Of a stretch of 10,595 nt of DNA, positions 1-6,954 are shown in pieces (position 1 is the first letter of the stretch; each line of letters starts with the position of its first letter). The position numbers were made by a program, and so were the translations under genes. The stretch comes from Syntrophorhabdaceae bacterium (GTDB lineage Bacteria; Desulfobacterota; Syntrophorhabdia; Syntrophorhabdales; Syntrophorhabdaceae), in the NCBI GenBank assembly GCA_963666485.2, contig CAXXUO010000007.1, forward strand, positions 1-10,595, in the 5' to 3' direction. Below the pieces are notes generated by a model. It saw only the letters and a list, made by a program, of their open reading frames with translations. It ran no database searches and had not been told where the DNA came from.

Positions 1-1208
1 CTGCTGCTCTGGTTTCGCACATCACTGCCCCTGTCCATATTTCCAAAGGCCCCACCACCACGGTCCATTGATCCCGCACTCGGGCCTCCGCGGTCGCCTC
101 CTGCAGGCCGGGTCGACACGCCGGGACTGCCGCGATCACCTCCGCCCGGTCTTTCGCCTCCTGCAGGCCGGGTTGACGCACTCGGGCCTCCGCGGTCGCC
201 TCCTGCAGGCCGGGTTGACGCACTCGGGCCTCCGCGGTCGCCTCCTGCAGGCCGGGTTGACGCACCGGGACCCTGGCCGTCTCTTCCCCTGTACGCCTGA
301 CGGTCCTGGATCCCTTGCGCGGAACCGCCCCTGTTGTATTTTTGGGCGGTTGATTGATCACGATACGCCACACCCTTTCTGTTCTGAGGGTTGTGCTGCC
401 AGTTCTGCCCCGCCTGTCCCCCTTGCCTGTTGGCATATTGGGACCTGTTTATATTGGTGTTCCTGTTGATATTTGCATTTACGTCATAATGCATGGCATG
501 CGCACCCCAAGCCATGCTTCCCCATGCATAGCCCCATGCCGCGGTCAGTGCGACCCCTGCAGTGAATGCAAGTGCGGTCCCGGCGACGTACCCGGGCGGG
601 TAATAATAATACGGAGGGTATGACGGGTACGGCCAGGCCCCGTACACAACAGCCGGGTCGTAGGACGGGACGTAAACGTAGTTAGGGTTCGTGGGTTCAA
701 TAACGATCACTTTTTCCTGGACCTTGACCGTCTGCTCTTGCGTGCTCTTAAGGGTGCCCTGTGACTGCGCCTTTGCCCTCAACGATTGGATCGAATCGAG
801 CACTTCCGCCTGTTGTGCCAGCACCGCATCGCCGAGCTTCTGAGTCCAGTCCAGTTTCTCGTTCATCATCTTCAGGACATCGGGAAAGTTAACAAGCGAT
901 TTGACGCTCGGGTCCCAGCTCTGTTGTTCCAGGGCCTTTGCGAGCGCGTCGCCCTTGAGGTTCTTGTTCTGGTTCGTCCACCGATACGCCTGTACTATTT
1001 CAAGCGGATACGTGGAGGCCATCAGGACCTGTGCAATAAGTTCATCGGGATAAAGGGCAATAGGTGCGACGAGCTGGCTGATCTCTTCGGGTTTAAATGG
1101 CTTCGCCGACGGTCCCTGTGCCTGCTGGCTATACGCCGACGGGGGTATCACCAGGGATATAATACAGACAAGGATCAACCATGTGGTCAATACTTTTCGG
1201 CTCTTCAT
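1..1208 (-). CDS. DUF3300-domain exported protein with Gly/Arg-rich repetitive C-terminal tail (partial; stop lies beyond the left edge)
   Basis: Manual minus-strand translation (absent from the ORF track because no stop is in the window). SD AAAGGAG precedes ATG at 1208. MKSRKVLTTWLILVCIISLVIPPSAYSQ is signal-peptide-like, followed by motifs I recognise as DUF3300: QLVAPIALYPDELIAQVLMASTYPLE, WDPSVKSLVNFPDVL, WTQKLGDAVLAQ, YVPSYDPAVVYGAWPYP, WQHNPQNRKGVAYRD. The frame stays open to position 1. Confidence 0.9.
   Translation of the reverse strand, partial: MKSRKVLTTWLILVCIISLVIPPSAYSQQAQGPSAKPFKPEEISQLVAPIALYPDELIAQVLMASTYPLEIVQAYRWTNQNKNLKGDALAKALEQQSWDPSVKSLVNFPDVLKMMNEKLDWTQKLGDAVLAQQAEVLDSIQSLRAKAQSQGTLKSTQEQTVKVQEKVIVIEPTNPNYVYVPSYDPAVVYGAWPYPSYPPYYYYPPGYVAGTALAFTAGVALTAAWGYAWGSMAWGAHAMHYDVNANINRNTNINRSQYANRQGGQAGQNWQHNPQNRKGVAYRDQSTAQKYNRGGSAQGIQDRQAYRGRDGQGPGASTRPAGGDRGGPSASTRPAGGDRGGPSASTRPAGGERPGGGDRGSPGVSTRPAGGDRGGPSAGSMDRGGGAFGNMDRGSDVRNQSS
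76..265 (-). repeat. 42-bp in-frame coding repeats (14-aa unit ASTRPAGGDRGGPS)
   Basis: Unit GCACTCGGGCCTCCGCGGTCGCCTCCTGCAGGCCGGGTYGAC at 76-117, 178-219 and 220-261, with a partial copy at about 154-177. All lie in the frame of the DUF3300 tail. Confidence 0.95.
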
Positions 1209-1494
1209 ATCTACTCCTTTCTCTTGGTCAGCCGGCCGGCGGAACTAATTACCGGGCGGCATTGCTCGTGTTTTTTTGCCTGTCACCCCATCAGCCATGT
1301 GTGGGCTGACGCGATGCCCGGCAAAGGGAAAAATTGTACGGGCGCCCGGCGAAAATCAGCAGCACAGCATCAGATGGGTTTTCCATCCGGAATCGGCGGA
1401 AACGGCTATCTTGTCGATCAGGTCCCCGTACTGAATGAAGAACGAGACAATAAACGCGCGCATAATTCAATGGCCCCGCAAATTGATAATTAAT

Positions 1495-1522
1495 ATTATA
1501 TCTGATTTCACAGGCGCGCCAA
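1495..1522 (-). promoter_or_regulatory. Candidate sigma70 promoter for the DUF3300 gene
   Basis: Minus strand reads TTGGCG (1522-1517), 16 nt, TATAAT (1500-1495) in an AT-rich patch. It would imply a 5' UTR of about 280 nt. Confidence 0.35.
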
Positions 1523-1673
1523 GCCAAAAATTTGTCTTCGGGTCGAAATTTCTTCCCGTGTGAAACGGCAGTCGAACGTCAATGTTCACCCTTGCTCAAT
1601 TTCCCGGTACCAGCAAAGCGTCACGCCCCCGGCTCCTGAACAAGCCTCCCATTATAATTATTAGTCTTCCTCC

Positions 1674-1703
1674 TTGACTTGGAAATTTGTTTGGGTATAC
1701 AAT
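1674..1703 (+). promoter_or_regulatory. Sigma70-type promoter of the trp leader/trpB2
   Basis: TTGACT (1674-1679), 18 nt, TACAAT (1698-1703). The expected start about 7 nt downstream coincides with the A of the leader ATG at 1710. Confidence 0.7.
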
Positions 1704-1709
1704 ATCACT

Positions 1710-1757
1710 ATGATGAACGTGCAAATCAATAATTGGTGGTGGTGGCGGAAATACTAG
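1710..1757 (+). CDS. trpL: Trp attenuator leader peptide MMNVQINNWWWWRKY
   Basis: ATG ATG AAC GTG CAA ATC AAT AAT TGG TGG TGG TGG CGG AAA TAC TAG. Four consecutive Trp codons (1734-1745) lie directly upstream of alternative hairpins and a tryptophan synthase beta gene. No SD precedes it. Confidence 0.92.
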   Translation: MMNVQINNWWWWRKY

Positions 1758-1797
1758 GTGTGAGACCGTAATTTCCGGCCATGGGCGGTTTCACACC
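1746..1797 (+). promoter_or_regulatory. Attenuator: pause (anti-antiterminator) hairpin and antiterminator
   Basis: Pause hairpin: CGGAAATAC..GGT-gtgag-ACC-GTA-ATTTCCG (1746-1777). Antiterminator: GGTGTGAGACCG (1757-1768) pairs with CGGTTTCACACC (1786-1797), 12 bp with one G-U, mutually exclusive with terminator 1. Confidence 0.88.
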
Positions 1798-1818
1798 GTC
1801 CATGGCCGTTTTTGTTTT
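1776..1818 (+). terminator. Attenuator terminator 1
   Basis: 14-bp stem CGGCCATGGGCGGT (1776-1789) / ACCGTCCATGGCCG (1795-1808) with one G-U, loop TTCAC, then TTTTTGTTTT. Confidence 0.92.
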
Positions 1819-1821
1819 AGA

Positions 1822-1856
1822 AGGCCATGGGTCATTGGGACTCCTGGCCTTTTTTT
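1822..1856 (+). terminator. Second tandem leader terminator
   Basis: AGGCCA-T-GGGTC, loop ATTGG, GACTC-C-TGGCCT (11 bp, one G-U, one U/C mismatch). A run of 7 T at 1850-1856 follows, just ahead of the trpB2 SD. Confidence 0.75.
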
Positions 1857-1877
1857 ATTACGCATAAGGAGGATACG

Positions 1878-3230
1878 ATGGAAAAGAAGATATTTTTGAG
1901 TGACAGTGACATGCCGAAGGCATGGTACAACATACAGGCTGACCTGACGACGCCCCTGCCACCACCTCTTAACCCCGAGACAGGCGATCCTGTAACGCCG
2001 GACATGCTCGAGGCGATTTTTCCCATGAACCTTATCGAGCAGGAGGTCAGCACGGAGAGGTTTATCACGATACCCGACGAGGTTATGGAGCGCCTCCTTA
2101 TGTGGCGGCCCACGCCGTTATGTCGGGCCACGGCCCTCGAGAAATTTCTCGGTACCCCGGCCCACATTTACTACAAGAACGAAAGCGTGAGCCCCCCGGG
2201 CAGCCATAAGCCGAACACGGCTATTGCGCAGGTCTATTACAATAAAATGGCGGGGGTAAAAAGACTCACAACGGAAACAGGCGCCGGGCAATGGGGGAGT
2301 GCCCTGTCATTTGCGTGCAACCAGTTCGGGATGGAACTCAAGGTGTACATGGTCAGGGTGAGCTTCAACCAGAAGCCGTACAGGCGCATCATGATGGAAA
2401 CGTGGGGCGGGAAATGCGTGCCGAGCCCGAGTTCCGATACCGCTGCCGGCAGAAAATTCCTCGAAGGCAACCCGGACCACCCGGGCAGCCTCGGCATGGC
2501 GATATCGGAAGCGATCGAAGACGCGGTCACGTCACAAAACACAAAATACTCTCTCGGCTCCGTCCTCAACCATGTCCTCCTGCACCAGTCGGTCATCGGG
2601 CTCGAGGCACAGAAACAGCTTGCGTCCGTCGGGAAATACCCCGATGTCGTGATAGGGTGCGCAGGGGGCGGCAGCAATTTTGCCGGCATCTCTTTCCCCT
2701 TCCTCCGCGACAAGATCAACGGCAAAGAGGTTCGCGTGGTCGCGTCCGAGCCCACGTCGTGCCCGTCCCTCACGAAAGGGCGCTACGTCTATGACTTTGG
2801 CGATACGGCCGGCATGACGCCGCTCCTTCCCATGTATTCCGTGGGCCACGGTTTCGTTCCCGCCCCGATCCACGCAGGCGGCCTGCGTTATCACGGGATG
2901 GCCCCGCTCGTCAGCAGGGTCTTTGCGGACGGGCTTATCGAGGCGACATCGTACAATCAGATCGAGACGTTCTCCGCCGGCCTCATTTTCGCGAAAACGG
3001 AAGGTTTTATCCCGGCCCCCGAGACGAACCACGCCATCGCCTGCGCCATCGATGAGGCCAGGAAGGCAAAGGAGGAGGGCAGGGAAAAGGTCATTCTCTT
3101 CAATTTCTCCGGCCAGGGAACAATAGACCTGCCGTCATACGACGCGTTCATGTCCGGCAGCCTGCAGGACTATTGCATGCCTGAGAGCGAGATAGGGGAG
3201 TTGTTGAGGGAATTGAGGAAGATCGGCTGA
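1878..3230 (+). CDS. trpB2: TrpB2-type tryptophan synthase beta chain (stand-alone PLP enzyme), 450 aa
   Basis: SD AAGGAGG (1866-1872) places the start at ATG 1878 rather than 1827. Motifs: [24 protein letters not shown] (PLP lysine), [49 protein letters not shown]. No trpA is adjacent. Confidence 0.96.
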   Translation: MEKKIFLSDSDMPKAWYNIQADLTTPLPPPLNPETGDPVTPDMLEAIFPMNLIEQEVSTERFITIPDEVMERLLMWRPTPLCRATALEKFLGTPAHIYYKNESVSPPGSHKPNTAIAQVYYNKMAGVKRLTTETGAGQWGSALSFACNQFGMELKVYMVRVSFNQKPYRRIMMETWGGKCVPSPSSDTAAGRKFLEGNPDHPGSLGMAISEAIEDAVTSQNTKYSLGSVLNHVLLHQSVIGLEAQKQLASVGKYPDVVIGCAGGGSNFAGISFPFLRDKINGKEVRVVASEPTSCPSLTKGRYVYDFGDTAGMTPLLPMYSVGHGFVPAPIHAGGLRYHGMAPLVSRVFADGLIEATSYNQIETFSAGLIFAKTEGFIPAPETNHAIACAIDEARKAKEEGREKVILFNFSGQGTIDLPSYDAFMSGSLQDYCMPESEIGELLRELRKIG

Positions 3231-3234
3231 AGGC

Positions 3235-3530
3235 AGGCGATAGGTAATGGGCAATAGGCGATAGGCAAACGAGAAGCCCATGAGAAAAACGATTAGGGAG
3301 ATTAAGAAATGATACCATCGATTATTTTGGAAGGAAGATTAATGATTTCACGGGAGATTGATTGTTGTGACGATTATTTTCCTGTTTTCGGGAATTTAGA
3401 CAATAAGGATGAATTGCAGGATGATACAGGTCTGATCGTCGGTTACCAGGCCTTGTTAACCCTGTAAAAATGGGTCCAAGGATATGGGCCTTTGATTTTC
3501 CCATCGCCCATCGCCCATCGCCCATCGCCG
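3235..3530. repeat. Heptamer tandem-repeat arms in inverted orientation flanking a ~226-bp AT-rich spacer
   Basis: Left arm 3235-3269: AGGCGAT AGGTAAT GGGCAAT AGGCGAT AGGCAAA. Right arm 3496-3530: TTTTCCC ATCGCCC ATCGCCC ATCGCCC ATCGCCG. The reverse complement of ATCGCCC is GGGCGAT. Confidence 0.85.
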
Positions 3531-3539
3531 GAGGTCTTT

Positions 3540-3776
3540 ATGCACATTTATTGTCCCCAGCTTGGCATGCTCGTTTATTTGACGTATTGCCTGAAAGCGC
3601 AGAACGGTCTCCCCTGTTCCAACACGTACGGGTGCTGGAAAGAAAGGGTTGACGTGACTGCCATTCTTAAGGCAAATTTTACTGACGAAGAAATAGCGTT
3701 AGCTTTCAATACGATACCGAAGTCGCGGCTCCAGAAGATAATGGAGTCCGCCTCAGCGGCACGGAGGGATACATAG
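3540..3776 (+). CDS. Small 4-Cys hypothetical protein, 78 aa, possibly metal-binding
   Basis: SD GGAGG (3530-3534) and ATG 3540. Sequence MHIYCPQLG..YC..LPC..GCW..PKSRLQKI. The stop is 1 nt before the next ATG, suggesting translational coupling. Confidence 0.8.
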   Translation: MHIYCPQLGMLVYLTYCLKAQNGLPCSNTYGCWKERVDVTAILKANFTDEEIALAFNTIPKSRLQKIMESASAARRDT

Positions 3777-3777
3777 G

Positions 3778-4881
3778 ATGCTGCTTTCCGACAGGGTGAC
3801 ACAGGTAAGACCGTCAGGCGTGCGAAAGATCTTCGACCTGGCGCAGAAAGTAAAGAACCCGATCAACCTCAGCATTGGGGAACCTGATTTCGACATACCG
3901 GAAGCAGTCAAGAACGAAGGGATATCCTGGATCCAAAAAGGGTTCAACAAGTATACCCCGTCGGGAGGCATACCCGAACTCAGGGAAAAGGTCTTGCTTC
4001 AACTCAAGGCGAAAGGCATCATCTGCGATGACGTGATAATTACCGCGGGTGTGACGGGCGGCCTCTTGCTCGCCCTCATGACGACACTCAACCCCGGGCA
4101 GGAGGTCGTGATCCCGGACCCCTACTTTGTTCTGTACGAATACCAGGTGGCCCTCCTGGGGGGACGGTCCGTCTTTTTCAACACGTATCCGGATTTTACC
4201 CTGCGGGAAGAAGAATTGCGCAAGGCGATAACGGACAGGACGCGGATAATCCTCATCAACAGCCCGAACAACCCGACAGGCATGGTCAATTCCCGTGAAG
4301 AACTCGAAATGGTCGCACGCGTGGCGCGGGAAAAAGACCTCATCGTATTCTCCGACGACATATACGACCGCTTTATCTTCGACGAGGATGGGGCGCAGAA
4401 ACCTTACCTGGGCCAGATCTATGAAAAAACACTCACGTTCGGCGGTTTTTCCAAGACCTGGGGGATGACCGGCTGGCGTTTAGGCTACGTCGCCGGGCCG
4501 AGCGAGGTCATTCAGTGCATGATCACCATGCAGCAGTATGCGTTCAGCAGCGTCACATCTTTTGCCCAGAAGGCGGCCCTCGTGGCCCTCGATGACACCA
4601 TGGACCCCATGATCGATGGGTACCGGAAAAAGCGCGACCTTATTTACGAAGGGATAAAGGACAAGTACAATGTGGTGAAGCCGAAGGGCGCGTTCTTCAT
4701 TTTTCCCGAGGTACCGGGCGGGGAAGACAGCATGGCCTTCGTGGAGCGGGCATTGGAAAACAATCTTTTCATAATACCGGGAAGCGTCTTTTCGTCGCGA
4801 AGCAGTCATGTTCGCATCTCTTTCGCGGCCACCGAGGAGACCCTGCTCAAGGGGATCGATGTCTTAAGGAAACTGGTCTAA
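3778..4881 (+). CDS. PLP-dependent aminotransferase class I/II (aspartate/aromatic aminotransferase-like), 367 aa
   Basis: Motifs NLSIGEPDF, YTPSGGIPELRE, INSPNNPTG, SDDIY, FSKTWGMTGWRLGY (PLP lysine), PKGAFF, VRISFA. Confidence 0.95.
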   Translation: MLLSDRVTQVRPSGVRKIFDLAQKVKNPINLSIGEPDFDIPEAVKNEGISWIQKGFNKYTPSGGIPELREKVLLQLKAKGIICDDVIITAGVTGGLLLALMTTLNPGQEVVIPDPYFVLYEYQVALLGGRSVFFNTYPDFTLREEELRKAITDRTRIILINSPNNPTGMVNSREELEMVARVAREKDLIVFSDDIYDRFIFDEDGAQKPYLGQIYEKTLTFGGFSKTWGMTGWRLGYVAGPSEVIQCMITMQQYAFSSVTSFAQKAALVALDDTMDPMIDGYRKKRDLIYEGIKDKYNVVKPKGAFFIFPEVPGGEDSMAFVERALENNLFIIPGSVFSSRSSHVRISFAATEETLLKGIDVLRKLV

Positions 4882-4900
4882 ACTCAAGGAGTATACGCGG

Positions 4901-6119
4901 ATGCATGAAAATATCATCAGGCTGTTGATAGGGAACAGTGTTCGGCAGCTCTACGTGACAAGCCGTTCGACGCTCGCCGCGGTTCGCCGGTTATCTCCTC
5001 CGTATCCCCTTCATTGCGATGTCTCCACAAATGAAAAGATCGCATACGAGCTGGCGCTTGCCGGGGCGTATGCGGGCAAGAGAACGGCGTGTATCGTTTC
5101 GACGGAGGGCCTCTACGATGCCCTCGACCCCGTGATGAGCTCCGCGTACACAGGGGTCGCCGCTTCCTTCGTGGTCATAGCCGTCCAGGAGAATGTGGAA
5201 GAGATCACCCCCGCTCGGGTTTTTCTCGAAGCTCCCCGTCATTGTCACGGAAACGGACGAAGAATTGGAAAAGGCCGTTGCATATGCCTTCTCGATATCG
5301 GAAGAGTACAGGATCCCCGTTATCGTACAGGCATTTCCCGGCGGGTACGGACAGGGCGCCGACGCTGCTTCTCCGGGCCGGCCCGCCGAACTCGAAAACG
5401 CGTTCTTGAAAAAGGAACCGGGCCGATGGGCCGCAACACCCAAATTCAGGTACCAGCTTCACGGGGAATTGAACGACAAGATCCGAAGGATACGCGATGC
5501 CTTCGAGACATACGAAGGCAATATTGCTGAATACAAGGGAAAGACAGGACTCATCACCGACAGGTTCTCGCGCCTGGAATTCTACGACGAGGACGCCAGC
5601 ATCCTTCGTCTCGCCACGGTTTTCCCGCTGCCCGAGAAGCTCGTGAGGAATTTTATCGATGCGATGGATGAAGTCCTTGTCGTGGAAAATTACCCGGCGA
5701 TAGAGCTCCAGATACCGGACCGGGCAAAGGTGGGGAGCGGTTTTGTCGACAGGGGAAGGGGAAGGCCTCAGTTTGAGGAGAAGATACAGGGATTTACCGT
5801 CATACGGGACCGGCTGGGCCCGGCGTCTTCGATCAACATGGCGCACGGGGTCAAGAAACTGCATCCCGACAGGAACATCATGGCCGTCACATTCGAGGAC
5901 CATTTCTTCCATTCCGGAATGCCGGCCTACATCAACAGCCTGTACAATGATTCGGCAAGCGTCCTTCTCATCATGGTGAGCGAGTTTGCCGACGAATTGA
6001 AGAGGGTGTTTGAAAGCTATGGCGTGAAAAATGTCTTCGACATCAACGAGATAACCGAGCTTGCCCGGTTCAAGGATACGCAGGAACCCGTCGTCGCTCT
6101 CTACAGGGGTATGATATGA
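4901..6119 (+). CDS. Degenerate IorA-like (indolepyruvate:ferredoxin oxidoreductase alpha) paralog, about 405 aa after correcting one +1 frameshift
   Basis: SD AAGGAG precedes ATG 4901. The first frame has STNEKIAYELALAG and DPVMSSAYTGV. Removing one C from the C5 run at 5208-5212 joins it to the second frame (..EEITPLGFFSKLPV.., RWAATPKFR, FEDHFFHSGMPA). It lacks YPGTPS, CPGCP, GDIGCY, GDST and the ferredoxin domain. The stop overlaps the iorB start (ATGA). Confidence 0.75.
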
Positions 6120-6688
6120 AACGCGAGATAGTCTGTGCCGGGATCGGGGGAAGAGGTGTCCTTCTTGCTTCGACCATATTAATAGAGGCGGCGATACAAA
6201 GCGGCATGAAAGCCATGGCATCCGACGAATACGGGATGTCCCAGAGGGGCGGGTCGGTCATATCGCTTGTCAAGGTCGGCGATTTTGCGAGCCCGTTCAT
6301 TGGCAGGGAGAATGGTGACATACTTCTTGCATTCGAGGAAAGCGAGTTCTATAAAACTCTTTTCTTTCTCAAGAAGGGCGGGCTTGCCCTCATCAACACG
6401 CCCGCCGCGGGGCTCGGCGCATCTGTTGAGGCCGTGCTGAAAGAAAGGCAGATATCATACCGCCTGATCGACGCCGACGGCATCGCCCGGGATGAAGGGA
6501 TGTTCCAGTCGGCAAATATGGCGCTTCTCGGGGCGTTCGCTTCTTTTGGGATCGAGCCCTTTACGCGGAATATTCTCGAAACAACCATCCGTTCCCGTGT
6601 TCCCGAAAAGTTCATGGCAAAGAATCTCGCTGTTTTTGAAAAGGGATATGAGGCGGCAAAAAGGCGAACAGTGAACGGTAAAAAGTAG
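6116..6688 (+). CDS. iorB: Indolepyruvate oxidoreductase beta subunit (2-oxoacid:acceptor oxidoreductase gamma-like), 190 aa
   Basis: Motifs GIGGRGVLLAS, EYGMSQRGGSV, DILLAFE, ANMALLGA, NLAVFEKGYE. It lies between two iorA-like genes. Confidence 0.9.
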   Translation: MKREIVCAGIGGRGVLLASTILIEAAIQSGMKAMASDEYGMSQRGGSVISLVKVGDFASPFIGRENGDILLAFEESEFYKTLFFLKKGGLALINTPAAGLGASVEAVLKERQISYRLIDADGIARDEGMFQSANMALLGAFASFGIEPFTRNILETTIRSRVPEKFMAKNLAVFEKGYEAAKRRTVNGKK

Positions 6689-6732
6689 GGAAGGGGCAAG
6701 GGTTATATGCAGAATAATCAACTACCACCTGC

Positions 6733-6852
6733 CGTCATCCCGGTGCTTGACACCGGGATCCAGTGTCTTTTCTTTGCTTCTTTGCCTCGGTTTCTACACA
6801 TTACGAGAAAGATGGAAAACCTTGGATCCCGGTGTCAAGCACCGGGATGACG
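6733..6852. repeat. CGTC-tagged REP doublet (perfect 30-bp inverted pair, REPIN-like)
   Basis: CGTCATCCCGGTGCTTGACACCGGGATCCA (6733-6762) and its exact reverse complement at 6823-6852, with a 60-bp spacer. Each unit is itself a hairpin (ATCCCGGTG-cttga-CACCGGGAT). Confidence 0.92.
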
Positions 6853-6894
6853 ATATCTGGTTAGGATTTGGATGTGGTAATGGTTTTATGCCAT

Positions 6895-6900
6895 TATAAT
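6895..6900 (+). promoter_or_regulatory. Candidate -10 element upstream of iorA
   Basis: Perfect TATAAT about 55 nt before the GTG start. No convincing -35 at canonical spacing. Confidence 0.3.
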
Positions 6901-6954
6901 CAGTGAGGGGTAAGACGTAATAAGTTCAGCCCCAGGGTTAATGGAGGTCTTGAA

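Noticed and set aside
76..265. 42-bp repeats as a CRISPR array
   Set aside because: The copies are directly tandem without unique spacers, their length is a multiple of 3 within a coding frame, and no cas genes are present.
68..1493. Plus-strand ORFs 68-469, 354-623 and 786-1493
   Set aside because: They are antisense shadows of the DUF3300 gene, with no recognisable motifs.
1291..1527. 78-aa minus ORF in the intergenic region
   Set aside because: It has a non-ATG start, no SD, atypical composition, and overlaps the candidate promoter.
1483..1527. Fur/FNR box or sigma54 promoter in the AT-rich patch
   Set aside because: Only half-site matches (TTGAT, GATAAT) are present, and the TGGCGC on the minus strand lacks a -12 GC at the right spacing.
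1700..1870. T-box riboswitch or TRAP-binding site
   Set aside because: There is no T-box consensus or regularly spaced (G/U)AG array. The translated Trp run and alternative hairpins explain the leader.
1827..1877. ORF-track start of trpB2 at 1827
   Set aside because: It lies inside terminator 2 with no SD. AAGGAGG supports ATG 1878.
3322..3652. ORFs 3322-3525 (-), 3470-3652 (+) and the 3492 start extension
   Set aside because: Their MGDGRWAM / PIAHRPSP text is just translated heptamer repeat. The supported start is 3540.
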